Shown: positions 51,971 to 64,000, counted from the stretch's first letter. The stretch: 64,000 nt of DNA from Bacteroidia bacterium (GCA_965216465.1 CBDCFW010000006.1:1235334-1299333); one strand, 5' to 3'. Translations and numbers: made by a program. Notes: generated by a model not told the origin, from the letters alone.

Positions 51971-52256
51971 GCAGATTAAACTCACAACTGGGATTTGTCA
52001 GATACCATTGATAAGTTAATGATAAATAGATTTGCTACTAAATTAGTAATCGGCATTGCTCTTCCCAAATGTTAGAGGACTAATGTGTTAATTATATTTA
52101 GCTTAGAGTACTTTACCAATATACACTAAGAAGAAATCAATGCGATTTTTAAACAGTTTCTAGCGGGTTTTCGTAAGCATAAGCTGATTCATATTAAATG
52201 AAACTCATTGACGCCAAAATTTCATAGTTTTAGACTAAAAATATAGTCACTTTTTG

Positions 52257-53756
52257 TATCCATTTGGGATGCTGATTGAAGAACGGTCGATTTCTGGAGT
52301 GTCAAATGTGAGTAAATTAACCCACTCACCGAACCCTTCTTACACCTTTGTAACCCAGTTACCGAATGGTGATATTCAGTGGACAGGCCATGCTTGGAAA
52401 GGTGGGGGTGTATCCAAAGAACGATACACCGAGAACTGCAGAGTAGTATGGAATGACCCACTCAGTTTTAAAGGTTCTTACAGCCATTTTGGATTAACAT
52501 CGCTTAACGATGCGTCCATCTGGAATATAGAGTATAGAATAACCTACTACCCCGGTTCATCAGCCAATTATACCTATCGACCATTGGGTGGCACAGGTGT
52601 AAACACAGGTGTAGCCGTACAGGCCGGTGACCAAGCCGTTGTTGAACGATTGGATGGAATTATTTATTTTTACGTCATCAGAGCCAACGGAATACGAATA
52701 GATTTTGGAAACGTAGCTGAATCCAATGCCGACATGCCACTAAGAGCAGGCTACTACGCAGGTGTTGGTTCTACAACTAACGTCCTCACCATGGACTTGG
52801 ATTTCTATGGACCCAATGGGTATCGATTTGGGTTTAATGGTTATGAAAATGAACCAAAAGTAGCTGGAGAAGGAAGTGTTATTGATTTTGGGGCTAGAAT
52901 ATATGACTCAAGGCTAGGAAGGTTTTTATCAATCGATCCTTGGGATTACAAATATGGTTGGCAGTCAACATATGCATATTTCAAAAATTCACCTGCAATT
53001 GTTGTTGATTTTAGAGGTTTAGGTGGTAATACCGAGAAAAAATCTAACTCTCAGCCTACGACATTAGTGATTAAAATAGTGCCTGCAGGAAAAGTTAAAA
53101 TGAAAACACGAATAATTAGTCGCAAAACTTTGTTAATTCAAGCTGAAAGCATTGAGTTAGCCAATGAGAAGCTAAATGAATACATGAAGAGTAATCCCGA
53201 TCAGAAAAAATTTCAAAAAATGATATTAATGGCTCATGCTTCCCCAAGAACAGTTAGACGAGAAGGAGAGAAAGTTCGAACAGGGAAGTATTCTTTGAGA
53301 CTGTTTGCATATAAAACTAAGAATGGAAAAACATATAGGGGACTTAATTCAGACAACATGGGATCCGAGGATAAAGGTAGTGAGGTTGCGGCACTAGAAA
53401 GTATTTTTTCGAATTTGGTCGAAAATGGAAGTTGCGTTATTTTAGGTTGTCAACTGGCGGACGATCAACAAGTAATCAAGGATATTTTTGGTATCTTCCC
53501 CCAAAGCAATGTAAAACTTTACACTGATGGTGATGTGACCACAGGAGGGCTTAAGACTAAAAAGTATACTAGAAGAATTGATGGCAAAGTAGTGTCTTCA
53601 AGAGAAGAAGAGAGGGCTGTAGTCTATACTAAGGATGAAGCATACGATGAAGGTTGGACGTTAACGACAAGGGGGCCAGATGGCGTTCCCACGAATACGA
53701 GTATAGGGCAGTTGGAAGTTGACACTTCTACCCAAGAAGTAATTACAATTAAATAA
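52257..53756 (+). CDS. Orphan Rhs cassette with toxin CT2 (putative His/Cys peptidase)
   Basis: 52257-52925 homologous to 50166-50831; SPAIVVDFRG; ILMAHA...VILGC; possible ATG at 52269. Confidence 0.85.
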   Translation, partial: YPFGMLIEERSISGVSNVSKLTHSPNPSYTFVTQLPNGDIQWTGHAWKGGGVSKERYTENCRVVWNDPLSFKGSYSHFGLTSLNDASIWNIEYRITYYPGSSANYTYRPLGGTGVNTGVAVQAGDQAVVERLDGIIYFYVIRANGIRIDFGNVAESNADMPLRAGYYAGVGSTTNVLTMDLDFYGPNGYRFGFNGYENEPKVAGEGSVIDFGARIYDSRLGRFLSIDPWDYKYGWQSTYAYFKNSPAIVVDFRGLGGNTEKKSNSQPTTLVIKIVPAGKVKMKTRIISRKTLLIQAESIELANEKLNEYMKSNPDQKKFQKMILMAHASPRTVRREGEKVRTGKYSLRLFAYKTKNGKTYRGLNSDNMGSEDKGSEVAALESIFSNLVENGSCVILGCQLADDQQVIKDIFGIFPQSNVKLYTDGDVTTGGLKTKKYTRRIDGKVVSSREEERAVVYTKDEAYDEGWTLTTRGPDGVPTNTSIGQLEVDTSTQEVITIK

Positions 53757-53758
53757 TT

Positions 53759-54265
53759 ATGAAGAGCAAAATTATAATCATCACCTTGTTAGTTGCAAGT
53801 TGTTCAAGTTCTAAGTACTGTAGCTTCAAAACTGACCCTGACAAGGAAATTTACAGAGGGGAAGATGAAATTGAAGAAATCAATGCTGTACAGGAAAGGG
53901 GGTCTCTTTTCAATCTTAAAATAGGAGATTTGACAGAAATGATAGATTCGCTAGCACACTTTCATTTCGGAGATTCTTCTATCAGCTACAAAACAAGTTA
54001 CCATTACAAGCTCACTTGGGATTCAACAGGAACCATAATTGAATTCTATGATTGGCAGAGTCCAAGTCTATTTGGAAATTCTATTGAGCAACTTTTTAAA
54101 AGCATTCAACCATTGAATCCACCAGTCTTCCTAGAAAGCTATAAAAGCTTCGGAACATATGAATCGAAAGCTAATATATATGTGGTGTTTAAGAACTATA
54201 AAAGTGTGATTAAAATATACTATGACAAAGCAGTTCTTCCCGAACAAGTATTTAAAGAACCCTAA
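53759..54265 (+). CDS. Lipoprotein immunity candidate for CT2
   Basis: Starts 2 nt after the toxin stop; lipobox LVASC. Confidence 0.7.
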   Translation: MKSKIIIITLLVASCSSSKYCSFKTDPDKEIYRGEDEIEEINAVQERGSLFNLKIGDLTEMIDSLAHFHFGDSSISYKTSYHYKLTWDSTGTIIEFYDWQSPSLFGNSIEQLFKSIQPLNPPVFLESYKSFGTYESKANIYVVFKNYKSVIKIYYDKAVLPEQVFKEP

Positions 54266-54458
54266 TTGGCTTGATGAGAAGAGTTCATAAAAGAAACCAC
54301 ATAAAAGAGGTTTGTAGTATTCGATTATTTGGAAGGAGGAGCTTAAAGCCAGTTATTACTGCACTATCATTAAAATATTTTGATTGTACACGACTTTTGA
54401 CTATGCACCTCGCAGGAGTATAGTAAAAGTATAACGACATAAATGATGTATCTCATTT

Positions 54459-54629
54459 TATTCAAATCGATACCTGTCCGGGCCATAGAAATCCAGGCCC
54501 ATGGTGAGGACATTGGTAGTAGAGCCAACACCAGCGTAGTAGCCAGCTCTTAGTGGCATGTCAGCATAGGATTCAACTACGTTTCCAAAATCTATTCGTG
54601 TTCCGTTTGCTCTTATACGTAAAAATAAA
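54459..54629 (-). pseudogene. Degenerate Rhs cassette remnant (insert allele B)
   Basis: Reverse complement reads [52 protein letters not shown]. Confidence 0.88.
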
Positions 54630-54768
54630 AACATTGACCTAGCTACGTTATTTCATTAGTGAGGTCTAGTTTTTTGAAGAATGAATCTCTTGAAATACTG
54701 TAAGTTTTAAAAGTCTTTCTTAATCGATTATCTTTTAACTGCCTTCGTAAGTCCTTATCAATAAATAC

Positions 54769-54816
54769 TTTCGACCACTTCAGGGTCTCCTGCAAGGGAC
54801 CCTGAAGTGGTCGAAA
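54769..54816. repeat. REP-like palindrome, copy 2 (19-bp stem)
   Basis: TTTCGACCACTTCAGGGTC-TCCTGCAAGG-GACCCTGAAGTGGTCGAAA. Confidence 0.8.
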
Positions 54817-54869
54817 AGTTACAACCTGAAATTAGTTAGGGTATTTCTAGTTTTGGCAAGATTCCAACA

Positions 54870-55583
54870 TTACGTGCAATCACAGTCTCTAATAATTTTT
54901 TTTATCGGCTCAATTGATTGTATCGTTTTTATATGATAAATTGGAACTGAAGTCTCTGTTACTCTTACTTTAGTTCTTCGTCCTTTTACCCTTAGCTCTT
55001 TTATTTTTCTTCTTCTAGTGGATTCAATCTGATTCAATTGTGAATAGCCGAGGGAAATTTTAAATACATAAATAGTTTCACAGAGATTTAGGCTATCTAC
55101 GTCTCTTTTTCTTCTTGTTTTGTTGCCAAGGTAGCCTCTCTTCCTTAATTTTTTCATCAATACTCTTTTATGGTCGCAGTAAAGTCCTGATATAGAATCT
55201 GTTGATGAAAACTCAGAGCCTTTTAATGTTGAATCAAATGAAATTTGAGTTATAAATCCTTCAAAGCTTGAAAGCTTATATCGGCCATTTAAATAATCAA
55301 TAGAATCGTGAACTAGGTGTGTTAGTCTCGAACTTAAGTAGTAAATAAAATAGCCGCCTTGATAATGAAATTTATTATTTGAGGTGTCAAACTTATGTAT
55401 ACCTTTAACAGCTTCTCCTGGAAAATAGTCCCAACATTCTACAGAATTTATTGGACAAGAAGTCAAAGCCAGTACAAATGTGTCGTATATTATTTGATTG
55501 TTGATAATTTTATCTGACACTTGACCTTTTGATGAAATCATGATCAAAAACATAACAAGAAGTATAGCATTTCTAATCATCAT
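54870..55583 (-). CDS. Exported immunity candidate for CT3
   Basis: ATGA overlap with the toxin stop; signal peptide. Confidence 0.7.
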   Translation of the reverse strand: MMIRNAILLVMFLIMISSKGQVSDKIINNQIIYDTFVLALTSCPINSVECWDYFPGEAVKGIHKFDTSNNKFHYQGGYFIYYLSSRLTHLVHDSIDYLNGRYKLSSFEGFITQISFDSTLKGSEFSSTDSISGLYCDHKRVLMKKLRKRGYLGNKTRRKRDVDSLNLCETIYVFKISLGYSQLNQIESTRRRKIKELRVKGRRTKVRVTETSVPIYHIKTIQSIEPIKKIIRDCDCT

Positions 55584-58500
55584 TCTTCTAAGGTTGATCT
55601 GTTTTTATCAATTATATCCTTGGTATTTTGACTTGTCGGGTAGACTTTATTATGTTCATTAGAAGAAAGACCTACATCATAATACTCATATCCAAATGTA
55701 TGCCCTCTTTCCGTCGAGTTGTGACCGGCCTCATGAACAACTCCTTCAGTTCTGTTAATGTACGTAAAAGTTGTTCTTTCTCCCATTGCATTTATTCGTT
55801 CAGCTTCAAAACTCCAATTTTCATCGTCATCCCATAACGCTACATTCAGAAATATTACATCCATACCTTTTGTGTAGCCCCAACCACCTGCATCTGGCGA
55901 TTCAAGAAAATCTGCATTTGCTTTTAGATTGAGTTGATAAAATTCAATTCTAGGATCATTATCATCTGAAAGTGTAGTTAAATCAGGAGTAAATAATGTA
56001 CTTGAAGGATCATTCATTGCCACTATCCCCCTTGCAGCTGGATCTTCACTCTGCCATTCCAATATCTCTTCAAAAGTCATTCCTTCCGTTGTGGTTAGAG
56101 AATAATTATAAGAAATCTCAGTTACATAGTAATTTACTCCAGCTTCTCTAAGTTTTTCGGCAAATCTAGATTTACCTGCTTCAAGTTTTTTTGCCCATCT
56201 AATGTGTTTTTTCTTTTCAAGATATTGAGCTTCCTGAGTAGCTGTTGGTAATTGGGTCATAAATACAACAGAGTTACCTCTGCTGTAATGATTACTAAAT
56301 GCTACTGGATCTATCCTATTTGCGGCATCAGATACAGCACCAGGTCCTTCAGTCACCACCTTATACTCCTTTGTTATAGTTATGGTTGCTCGTCCAGGTT
56401 CTCCAGTTGAAGTATTTGGCTCACTTGTAACTGTTTTATTCAATTTCTCAGCACCTTCGATGTCTATACATCTTACTACATCATTTTCAGCAAATGCATA
56501 AGTTGAATTCCATGGGTATTGTCCATCTAACGGATCCACACTCAAGAACCTACCTAACCTCGCATCATGAATTCTATATTTAAATGCATATGAATTTCCT
56601 TCGCCTGCAACTTCGTCATCTCCTTCTTGACCTTGGAACCCAAATCTATACCCATTAGGTCCATAGAAATCCAAGTCCATGGTGAGGACGTTGGTGGCTG
56701 ATGCAATATCACAGTAGTATGCCGCTCGCAAAGGCATATCTGCATAGGATTCTGCGAAATTTACAATGTCTATTCGTGTTCCGTTGGCTCTGATGATGTA
56801 AAGATAAATAATTCCATTCAATCGTTCTACAACGGCTTGGTCGCCAGCCTGTACTGCTATTCCTGTTAGGCCAGATGAGCCACCAATTACACGATACCCA
56901 TAATTGGTCTGCGATACGTCTGTGGTGATACGATATTCTATATTCCAAATGGACGAATAGGTTTGACTCGATAGTCCTGCATGTGCTCGGGTACCGCCTA
57001 CACCCAATGGATCGTTCCACACTACTCGACAATTTTCAGTGTATACTTCTTGCGATACACCGCCGCCTTTCCAAGCGTGTTTTGTCCACTGAATATCACC
57101 GTTTGGTAACTGAGTTACAAAGGTGTAAGAAGGGTTCGGTGAGTGGGTTAATTTACTCACATTTGACACCCCAGAAATTGACCGTTCTTCAATCAGCATC
57201 CCAAATGGATAGTAATCGGAGATGGTTTTTATCTCAGCATTGAACTGTTCTATAATCAATCCGGATATATCGGCCACAGCAACTTTTTTGTCCGTCACCG
57301 TTACCAAAACATTGCCCAGATGATTGCTTAACTCATACCTCTTGCTTCCTAACAAGCGTAATGAAACTTCATCAGGTGCTTGGTAACCATAAATCTGATT
57401 CAACGATTTTTGTATTCTTACCACGGCACCGTCCCAATACGTTTCTATGGATGAAACATTGGTTATATCCATCTTTGGCAACATCCAATTCAAGTCAAAT
57501 TCATCATCAATTTCCGGTAAAAGTTCATTGTGGAAGGTTGAATCGTCAGGAATTGTATATGCTTTAAATTTACATAAATAACGTTCTAATCCATCCAAGT
57601 ATGCTGCAAATTCAGTTTTGCTTGGTGCTGTAGTTCTTGCATTTTCAACTGACTGGTTGATGTATTGCAAGTTGCTCATTAAGAATGTAGAAACATGCTG
57701 CAAGCCCGTGCTGTTAAATGCGTTGACCATTTCATCGTCAAAGGCTTGTTGGCCCATGGCACTTGTCCACATAGTATCTACGTCGAAATCAAGCGTGCAA
57801 TCATTGTCTTCTAAAACTTTGCTTGGCTTGTAAACTCCAATTCTACTGCTACCATATATGTGAGCTTCTTCCCATGAGAAGTCATCTCCAACATAGTTGT
57901 AAACCGCCATAATATTACCACTTGCATCCCGCAGGTAGTAGGTATGAATCCAATCATCCGACGGCTTTATTACTCCAAACGTATCTCTTGGTTTAACTGT
58001 TTTGATTATTCGATTGCCAGATGCATCATACTTAAAGGCAAGATCAGCCTTTTGATGCACGGTATCCGTTCTTCTGTGAATTTCAGCAATCTTGCCATAC
58101 ACGGTCCATAATATCGTATCTATCAATTCCTCCTTATCCTTCACTAAGTTTCCTAGCTTGTCGTATTGGAAGTTGTTTTGTGTTTCTACTGTATCCCATT
58201 TCACCGTATCAAGCCCAGCAATATCATTGGTCATTACCTTACCAGCATAATCGTGTACATGATAAAGCTTGTTGCTTTGCAACGTCCCAGAGCCGTTATT
58301 GTTGTCATAATAGTACTGTAAATCATCTATCAACTGAGTTTCATTGTACCTCTGAAGAGTAAGTATATTACCCATAGCATCGTAGGTATAATCTGTTCTA
58401 TAACTGTTACTCGCCCCAGTTCCAGACTGCCAGAAATTATTCACCATATCGATATTGTCGAAGCTTCTATTGCTTATTATTCTGTTCAATTGATCGTATT

Positions 58501-61500
58501 TGTAAGCACTTGCTCGAGGAGCAGCTGTGATAGTATATCCTGAATTGTATATCGTTACATCAGGAATAGCTGTTACCATGTAACCTATATTTCCATTGTA
58601 CAAGTCCCAACGTTCATTAAGCAGATCAGAGCCTGAAACTTGAGCCAAGAAATAATTGGCTGTGGTGAACGACGTTATAGATTGATAGTCACTCGCACCA
58701 GATTCATAATATCCTAATGAATAACCATACACATCACCTCCATAATACTTGTATGGATGATTCGTAATGGAAATATCACCGTCTCTACCCATGTCTCTCG
58801 TTCGATCCAGGGTGCTGCTATTCACTCCTTTTAACCATCCATGAATAGTATAAGCAAAGTCTTGGCCTTGTACTTTAAGGTCTCCTATTTCTGTACGTGC
58901 CAGTGGCCCATGTTTATAGTAGTTGTAGTTTGCATCGTTGTCCCAAATGCAATCGTCAATACTCGTATAAACATCAACAATTCGATTGTCTGCATCGTAC
59001 TCGTATTTGTGATAGTATGCATCATCTTCACCTGGATTGTAAGACACCTTGTTTACGTTGCCGCTCACGAGATCATATTCATAGTATATATGCTTAAATG
59101 CCTGGCCTATAGCATCCAATTCTGGAATTTCTTGAACCAGGTGGTCAACGTTGCCATGAATATCATAGGTATAGTGCGTTGCTGCATCGTAGGTAAGGTC
59201 TGATCCATCATAAACGGCCTCATAGGTCATACTCGCCACACGCTTGCGGAGGTTGACTTGAATAATTTCTGCAGCAGGAGCTACTGTTTGCTCATCGTAA
59301 TGCGTACGCGTAATTTCTTTTCGGGTATTAAAGGCTCCAGCTGTTAACCATGCGGTAAATAGTGCATCGTCCATTTGTCCATCCACGTAATTGTCCTCCA
59401 TTGGCGTACTGCTTACCTTCTCTCCAACTTCTTTAATCCTTCCAATTTCATCATAAATTGTATACGAGTGAGCGGTGTCAAATTGATTCGCATTTTGACT
59501 TGCTACCATTCTTCCCAATCGATCATAGTAGAAGAGTGAGGTAGCGAATCCGCCGCGATCATAAATTGCATTTGCAAACTTGGCATCACCTCCAATTATA
59601 ATATTCTCTCTGCCTGAGACCGCAATAGCGTATATATCATCGTTCGTATTGGTTTCATTAATATCTGAATCATAAGCATTCCATTCTGCCCCAGCGTTTA
59701 CTGTTTTTATTATAGACCCACTTGTTCCGACTACAAATGCATCGTTGTTACCGTATTGCACCACTTTTGTATAATTGGATGCTGGTAAACCTGGAATGTT
59801 AGTACCAGACAGTGTTGTAAGATTATCGAGTGTATAACCAGAGGATTGGTTTACATTTAAAATTCGGTATATCTGCTTATTGTCTCCAACAGCAAAGGCT
59901 GTACTCCTTTGCACAGATACATCTTTGAGCACTGCACTAGATTGCATCAACACCCAAGACTGTCCATCAAGCTTGCGATACAATCCATCGGTAGAAACTA
60001 AAACTTCAGTTCCTCTGTGGTTTTCATCTGCGGCATAGTAGGTAATTCCTGAAGTGGATGCAAGTCCCATCGATATAACAGAAGTATAATAAATATTGGC
60101 CTGTTCATTTAAGCCATTACTTCCTAAGAAATATGCCGTGTTCTCATCTTTTACATGCACCCCTTGTATATGATCAGGAGCGTATGGATTGATGTTCCAA
60201 TATTCTCCGAAACTTGTTGAGCTAAATGAAAGTCCATTTTCTCCTCCAAGGAGACCATATGCACCTTCTAAATCCATATCGTAAAGAACATCAGATGTAA
60301 TAAATCCTTGATCCAGATTACCATCGTTGGTAGATACCAGACCGTCAGTTCCTGCATAAACCAATTCATTGTTGAATCGTTTTATCGTTCTAAAACTTCG
60401 GTCGTCTTCAGCTTCCGCTGTGAGCTGCCATGAGACACCGCCAGTAGCCGTTTCATACACAAAGTTATCGTTTGCAACCCAAAGAGAATTTAGATTATCG
60501 AAGGTAACGGCATGTGCGTCAATGGGCAGCTCAGAGGTTGTAATCACACCTGATGTAAGTGCATACAGTTTACAATCATCAGCAATAGCAAAGCCTTCAC
60601 CCGAGCTGTTAATGTCTAAATCAAACAAATCACCACGGTGATTTGACGCTCGTAATCGTATATCATCAAACTGCGATTCTGAAACATATAATCTACCATC
60701 TTCAGCCACCAATGCAACATAATTACCCTCAACATCCAAACTTGTTAATGTCAGAGGACTGGTATTTTTAGAAACATTTGATGAAGTTGATGAAAGCTCT
60801 CTGTTAAGTTCTCCATTTGTACCACCAGCAAAGTAATCGGTTGACGTTCTGTTTGCCACAAAATGCAACGTTTCTCCTGAAGACTTTTGAGTAATGGGGT
60901 GTGATGGAGTAGTTGATATGGAGTACGCTTGGGGATTGGTTGAACTGTATTCTTCCACCGCTGGAGATGCAGCCGTTGTTAAGGCAAATAGAGTAGATCC
61001 TTCAATACTCCAATTCTCTACACCTGATTTTAATAGTGTTGGTGTTGATATAGAGTAGGTTCCAACAGATCCTGAAATATCTATTCGTTTCATTTCCGCA
61101 CCAGCGTTTAGAACTATCCCGACACTTCCTTCAAGATGAAGTTGCTCGATTGAAGAAGCAGAGCCATAGAACAAATCATCAAAGTAAACACCGCTAGGTT
61201 GATTCTCAACCCGGAATACCTTTCCTGAAGAAGTTCCGATTAATCCATGCTCATCATCTTCAAATCCAACCGCAGTAAAATCGTCAGATTTTAAAGGGGT
61301 ATAGCTCAGTCGATTAACATAGGCTTCCGAAATATCTACTGCCGCAATTATTCCATCATCTCCAACCGCAAATCCTAAACCGTTTGCTTCGTCGTAGATA
61401 TGGAATTGATTGTATGAGCCTATACCATTCATAGCCGTCCATTGTTGTCCAGCGTTTGTGGTTCTGTAAATAAATCCGTCATCACCTAAGGCTATTCCGT

Positions 61501-64000
61501 TGTTAACATCTTTAAAGTATACCTGCAATAAATCAGCAGTCAATCCAGTTGCAATTTGATCAAAATTATCTCCTACATTTCCGGCTTGAGCCACTACTCC
61601 ATCGTCACCTACTACATATCCATCGGAAGAACCCGATCCATAGAACCACCCGTCATTTAGGTTGGTGAGTCTTACATTTTCATCAATATCCCAGTTTGTC
61701 CATTTCGGTGTACCTGCAGAAAGATCTATGCTTAATACACGCTGATCTGTTGCGGTATTGACGATAGCATAGGCTACATTAGCATCTTTAAACTCGAGGT
61801 CTACAAAGTCACCTTCGTCAGCTGTGGTATTGAAGCCAAGAATGCTAAAAGCATATGCTCCTGAAGAGGTAGTATATTCAAATTCAATGGTCTCTGCATC
61901 ATTGCCTGCTATAATTCCTTTAGGGTCAGGGCTTACACCTATAGCTAAATCTAAGCTAGTAAAGTCTTTGCCGATTAGATCTGAATGGTAAACTATTTTC
62001 CAATTGTCTCCAGCATCTTTTGTATGTAGGAATACGCCGCCCGATCCAACTGCAAATCCTTGATTCGCATCATACATCTCAACATCGAGTATGTCGTCGG
62101 TTCTTAAACCGTTATGTCGCACCCAAGTTTCTCCTGCATCTGACGACTGGTAAATTTCAGTCTCATCGTCAGTGTTGGTTCCTACTAGGATTGCGTGGGT
62201 TGGATCAGTAAATACAACATCATGCGTTTCGAAATCAGTTGGCAATCCACTAGAACGAAGAACATACTTGTCATCCATTGGGTCGTTGTCTGGTACATGT
62301 TGTCTGGTTAACTGTTGTAAACTGTTGTATTCGTAAACTGTTGAAAGTCCGTGCAAGGTTGCATAATTTCTCGTTTTGTTAATTCTATCTTCTTTGATTT
62401 CAGCTAGATCATTAACATCCGTTTCAACGACCACACCTGCTGGAGGTACGGTTCTGACCAAATTCCCAGCTTGATCGTAATAGTAGAGCGTGTAATGGTA
62501 GTCTTGAATAGGCATTACAAAGTCTAAACTCTCGTCAATATTCAAACACTTATCCATGTAGCCGTTATGGAATTGCTGTCTAAGCTGGTCCATTTGCTGC
62601 TCATAGCGAACACGTGCATTTTCTTCTGCGAGATTGTCGAGCCATGTTGAACAACGGTCTGGAATATTCACTCTAAACACATCAAATTCGGGCGGTTCGC
62701 ATTCATTAAAGCTTCTTGATCTTGATTCAATAGGTGCATCATCTGCATAGCTGACCTCAAACATGGTCAATTCCTCATCGAAATTAACGTGGTCATATTT
62801 TGGAGGATAAGAAGATGTTAAGTTTATCAATCGATTGCTGCAATAATTTGTAATATCAGTTGATAAGTGAGGGGTTAGCAAATTCGCTTCGAGTGCATAA
62901 TGTTTCCAACAATCACAACCCAATTGCAAGGATCAAATACAATAGGCACTCCGCCTACAGAAGTGGTTTTGTCACGATACATTTTATAGTTTACCAGACA
63001 CTGATCAATTTGGCAACCTCCAATTTGAAAATTGTTATAGCTCAATGGAGGAATGGGTATGGCTGATGGTGGGATTGGCGGAACATTGGTTCCATACAAG
63101 GAAGTCCATAATTCTAGATATATTAAATATTTAGCAGCACAATGACAATCATCACCAGTTACCAGACTAGGCGGGCTTAAAGTAGGAAAGTATTGTGCAT
63201 ATTGTGCATTGAAATTATTGACTTCAGCTACGATATTTGGTAGAATTTCCTGAGTGACATCACAGTCAGGAAAGGTAACCGTACAGTTGTACGGTGGTAA
63301 AACAAACTCATCAATTCCCAATGTTGGATTTAATTGAGGCACTGCATTGGTAATCGCTGTGGAATTGCTATTTGCACTGAGCACGGCAAGTTTTACATAG
63401 TATAAATACTCTTCAACACAAGAGCAAGGAAAATCATCAGAATAAGGTATAATCAAACCTTCCATACCAAGTTGCATCATTTCATGATAATATAACTCAT
63501 ATTCGTAGTTTCCACATTTCTTTTCTGCATCATCCTCTTCCTTCTCTACACAATCAGCACAATCAAATAAAGGAAGGCAGGATATATAACCATGAATTTC
63601 TTCAGCATAATCTGTTTTGTTATTAAATACGGCTAAAACAGTAAAGTGATGGGCGTCTCCATGTGAAGATTTTCCATGTCTACTTGCAACTCGCCAATAT
63701 CGGTAATATCAGTCAATGGAATATCGGTCTGCACGTCACCATACATTTTTCTATAAAGTTTAAGCTCACATGTAGTCAACTTGTTTGCTGTTCCCGTTTC
63801 GAATACATCAATTGTTGTAGTCAATTCGTTTCCATCATTGCCACTTACAGGAACATTGAATACGGCATCACCGTGTCCTATATAACTCTGAAGTAAAGCC
63901 GTATACAAGTTGTTGTCGTTCAGGTTTACATTGTTTACTGAAGGATTTTCGATTAAGTATTCTAATAAAGAGGCAAAGTCGCGAGTTACATCATAGCGAA
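55580..64000 (-). CDS. Second (inverted) copy of the giant Rhs gene, 5'-truncated by the window, fused to toxin CT3 (HExxH metallopeptidase-like); indels near 62918, 62929 and 63660
   Basis: Matches the + copy to YRFGF, then QGQE...[16 protein letters not shown]...IDIEG; HEAGH at 55721-55735. Confidence 0.85.
56637..64000. repeat. Right arm of the inverted repeat
   Basis: Reverse complement of 43378-50740. Confidence 0.95.

Noticed and set aside
51971-52256. Possible decayed immunity gene, and a TTTTAG-A-CTAAAA palindrome before orphan 2
   Set aside because: No sustained reading frame; a short AT-rich palindrome is expected by chance and was not seen at the other cassettes
50197-52830. Diversity-generating retroelement (TR/VR pair) as the source of insert variation
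   Set aside because: Differences are not adenine-specific, include an indel and many synonymous changes, and no reverse transcriptase gene is present in the window
25396-54816. CRISPR repeats
   Set aside because: Only two palindromes, 29 kb apart; no spacers or cas genes
2143-63896. Many 60-150-aa ORFs antisense or off-frame to long genes
   Set aside because: Shadow ORFs with no motifs; used only as evidence of nucleotide identity between the repeat arms
62875-63908. Separate 201-aa and 91-aa genes
   Set aside because: They are fragments of the inverted Rhs copy produced by three indels

Overview
Bacteroidota-type chromosomal window, judged from TAnnTTTG promoters, lipoproteins with acidic export signals and the Bacteroidota Rhs motifs. 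1-25.3 kb holds housekeeping and accessory genes: an EF-G 5' end, a CoA transferase, an AraC-linked stress cluster with a thrice-repeated operator, a CxxC/RAPP leader peptide ahead of a TonB receptor, a PAS kinase with a REC-thioredoxin-reductase fusion, SDRs, an asparaginase, MscS and an SPFH protein. 25.5-64 kb is a large polymorphic-toxin locus. A divergent outer-membrane barrel gene precedes an operon of secreted or periplasmic helpers (Skp, LolA-like, lipoproteins), a split TcB/YD-like component and a 4174-aa signal-peptide Rhs protein with several large domain insertions. After it come three different toxin/immunity pairs in both orientations. Each toxin cassette starts inside the Rhs core and carries its own allele of a ~175-aa SPRY-like insert. 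A second, inverted, near-identical copy of the giant gene (from 56.6 kb to the window end) is fused to a different toxin. This suggests toxin switching by inversion, or an assembly fold-back caused by such switching. Scattered single-base frameshifts look like long-read errors. All assignments come from motif recognition by eye; no searches were run.
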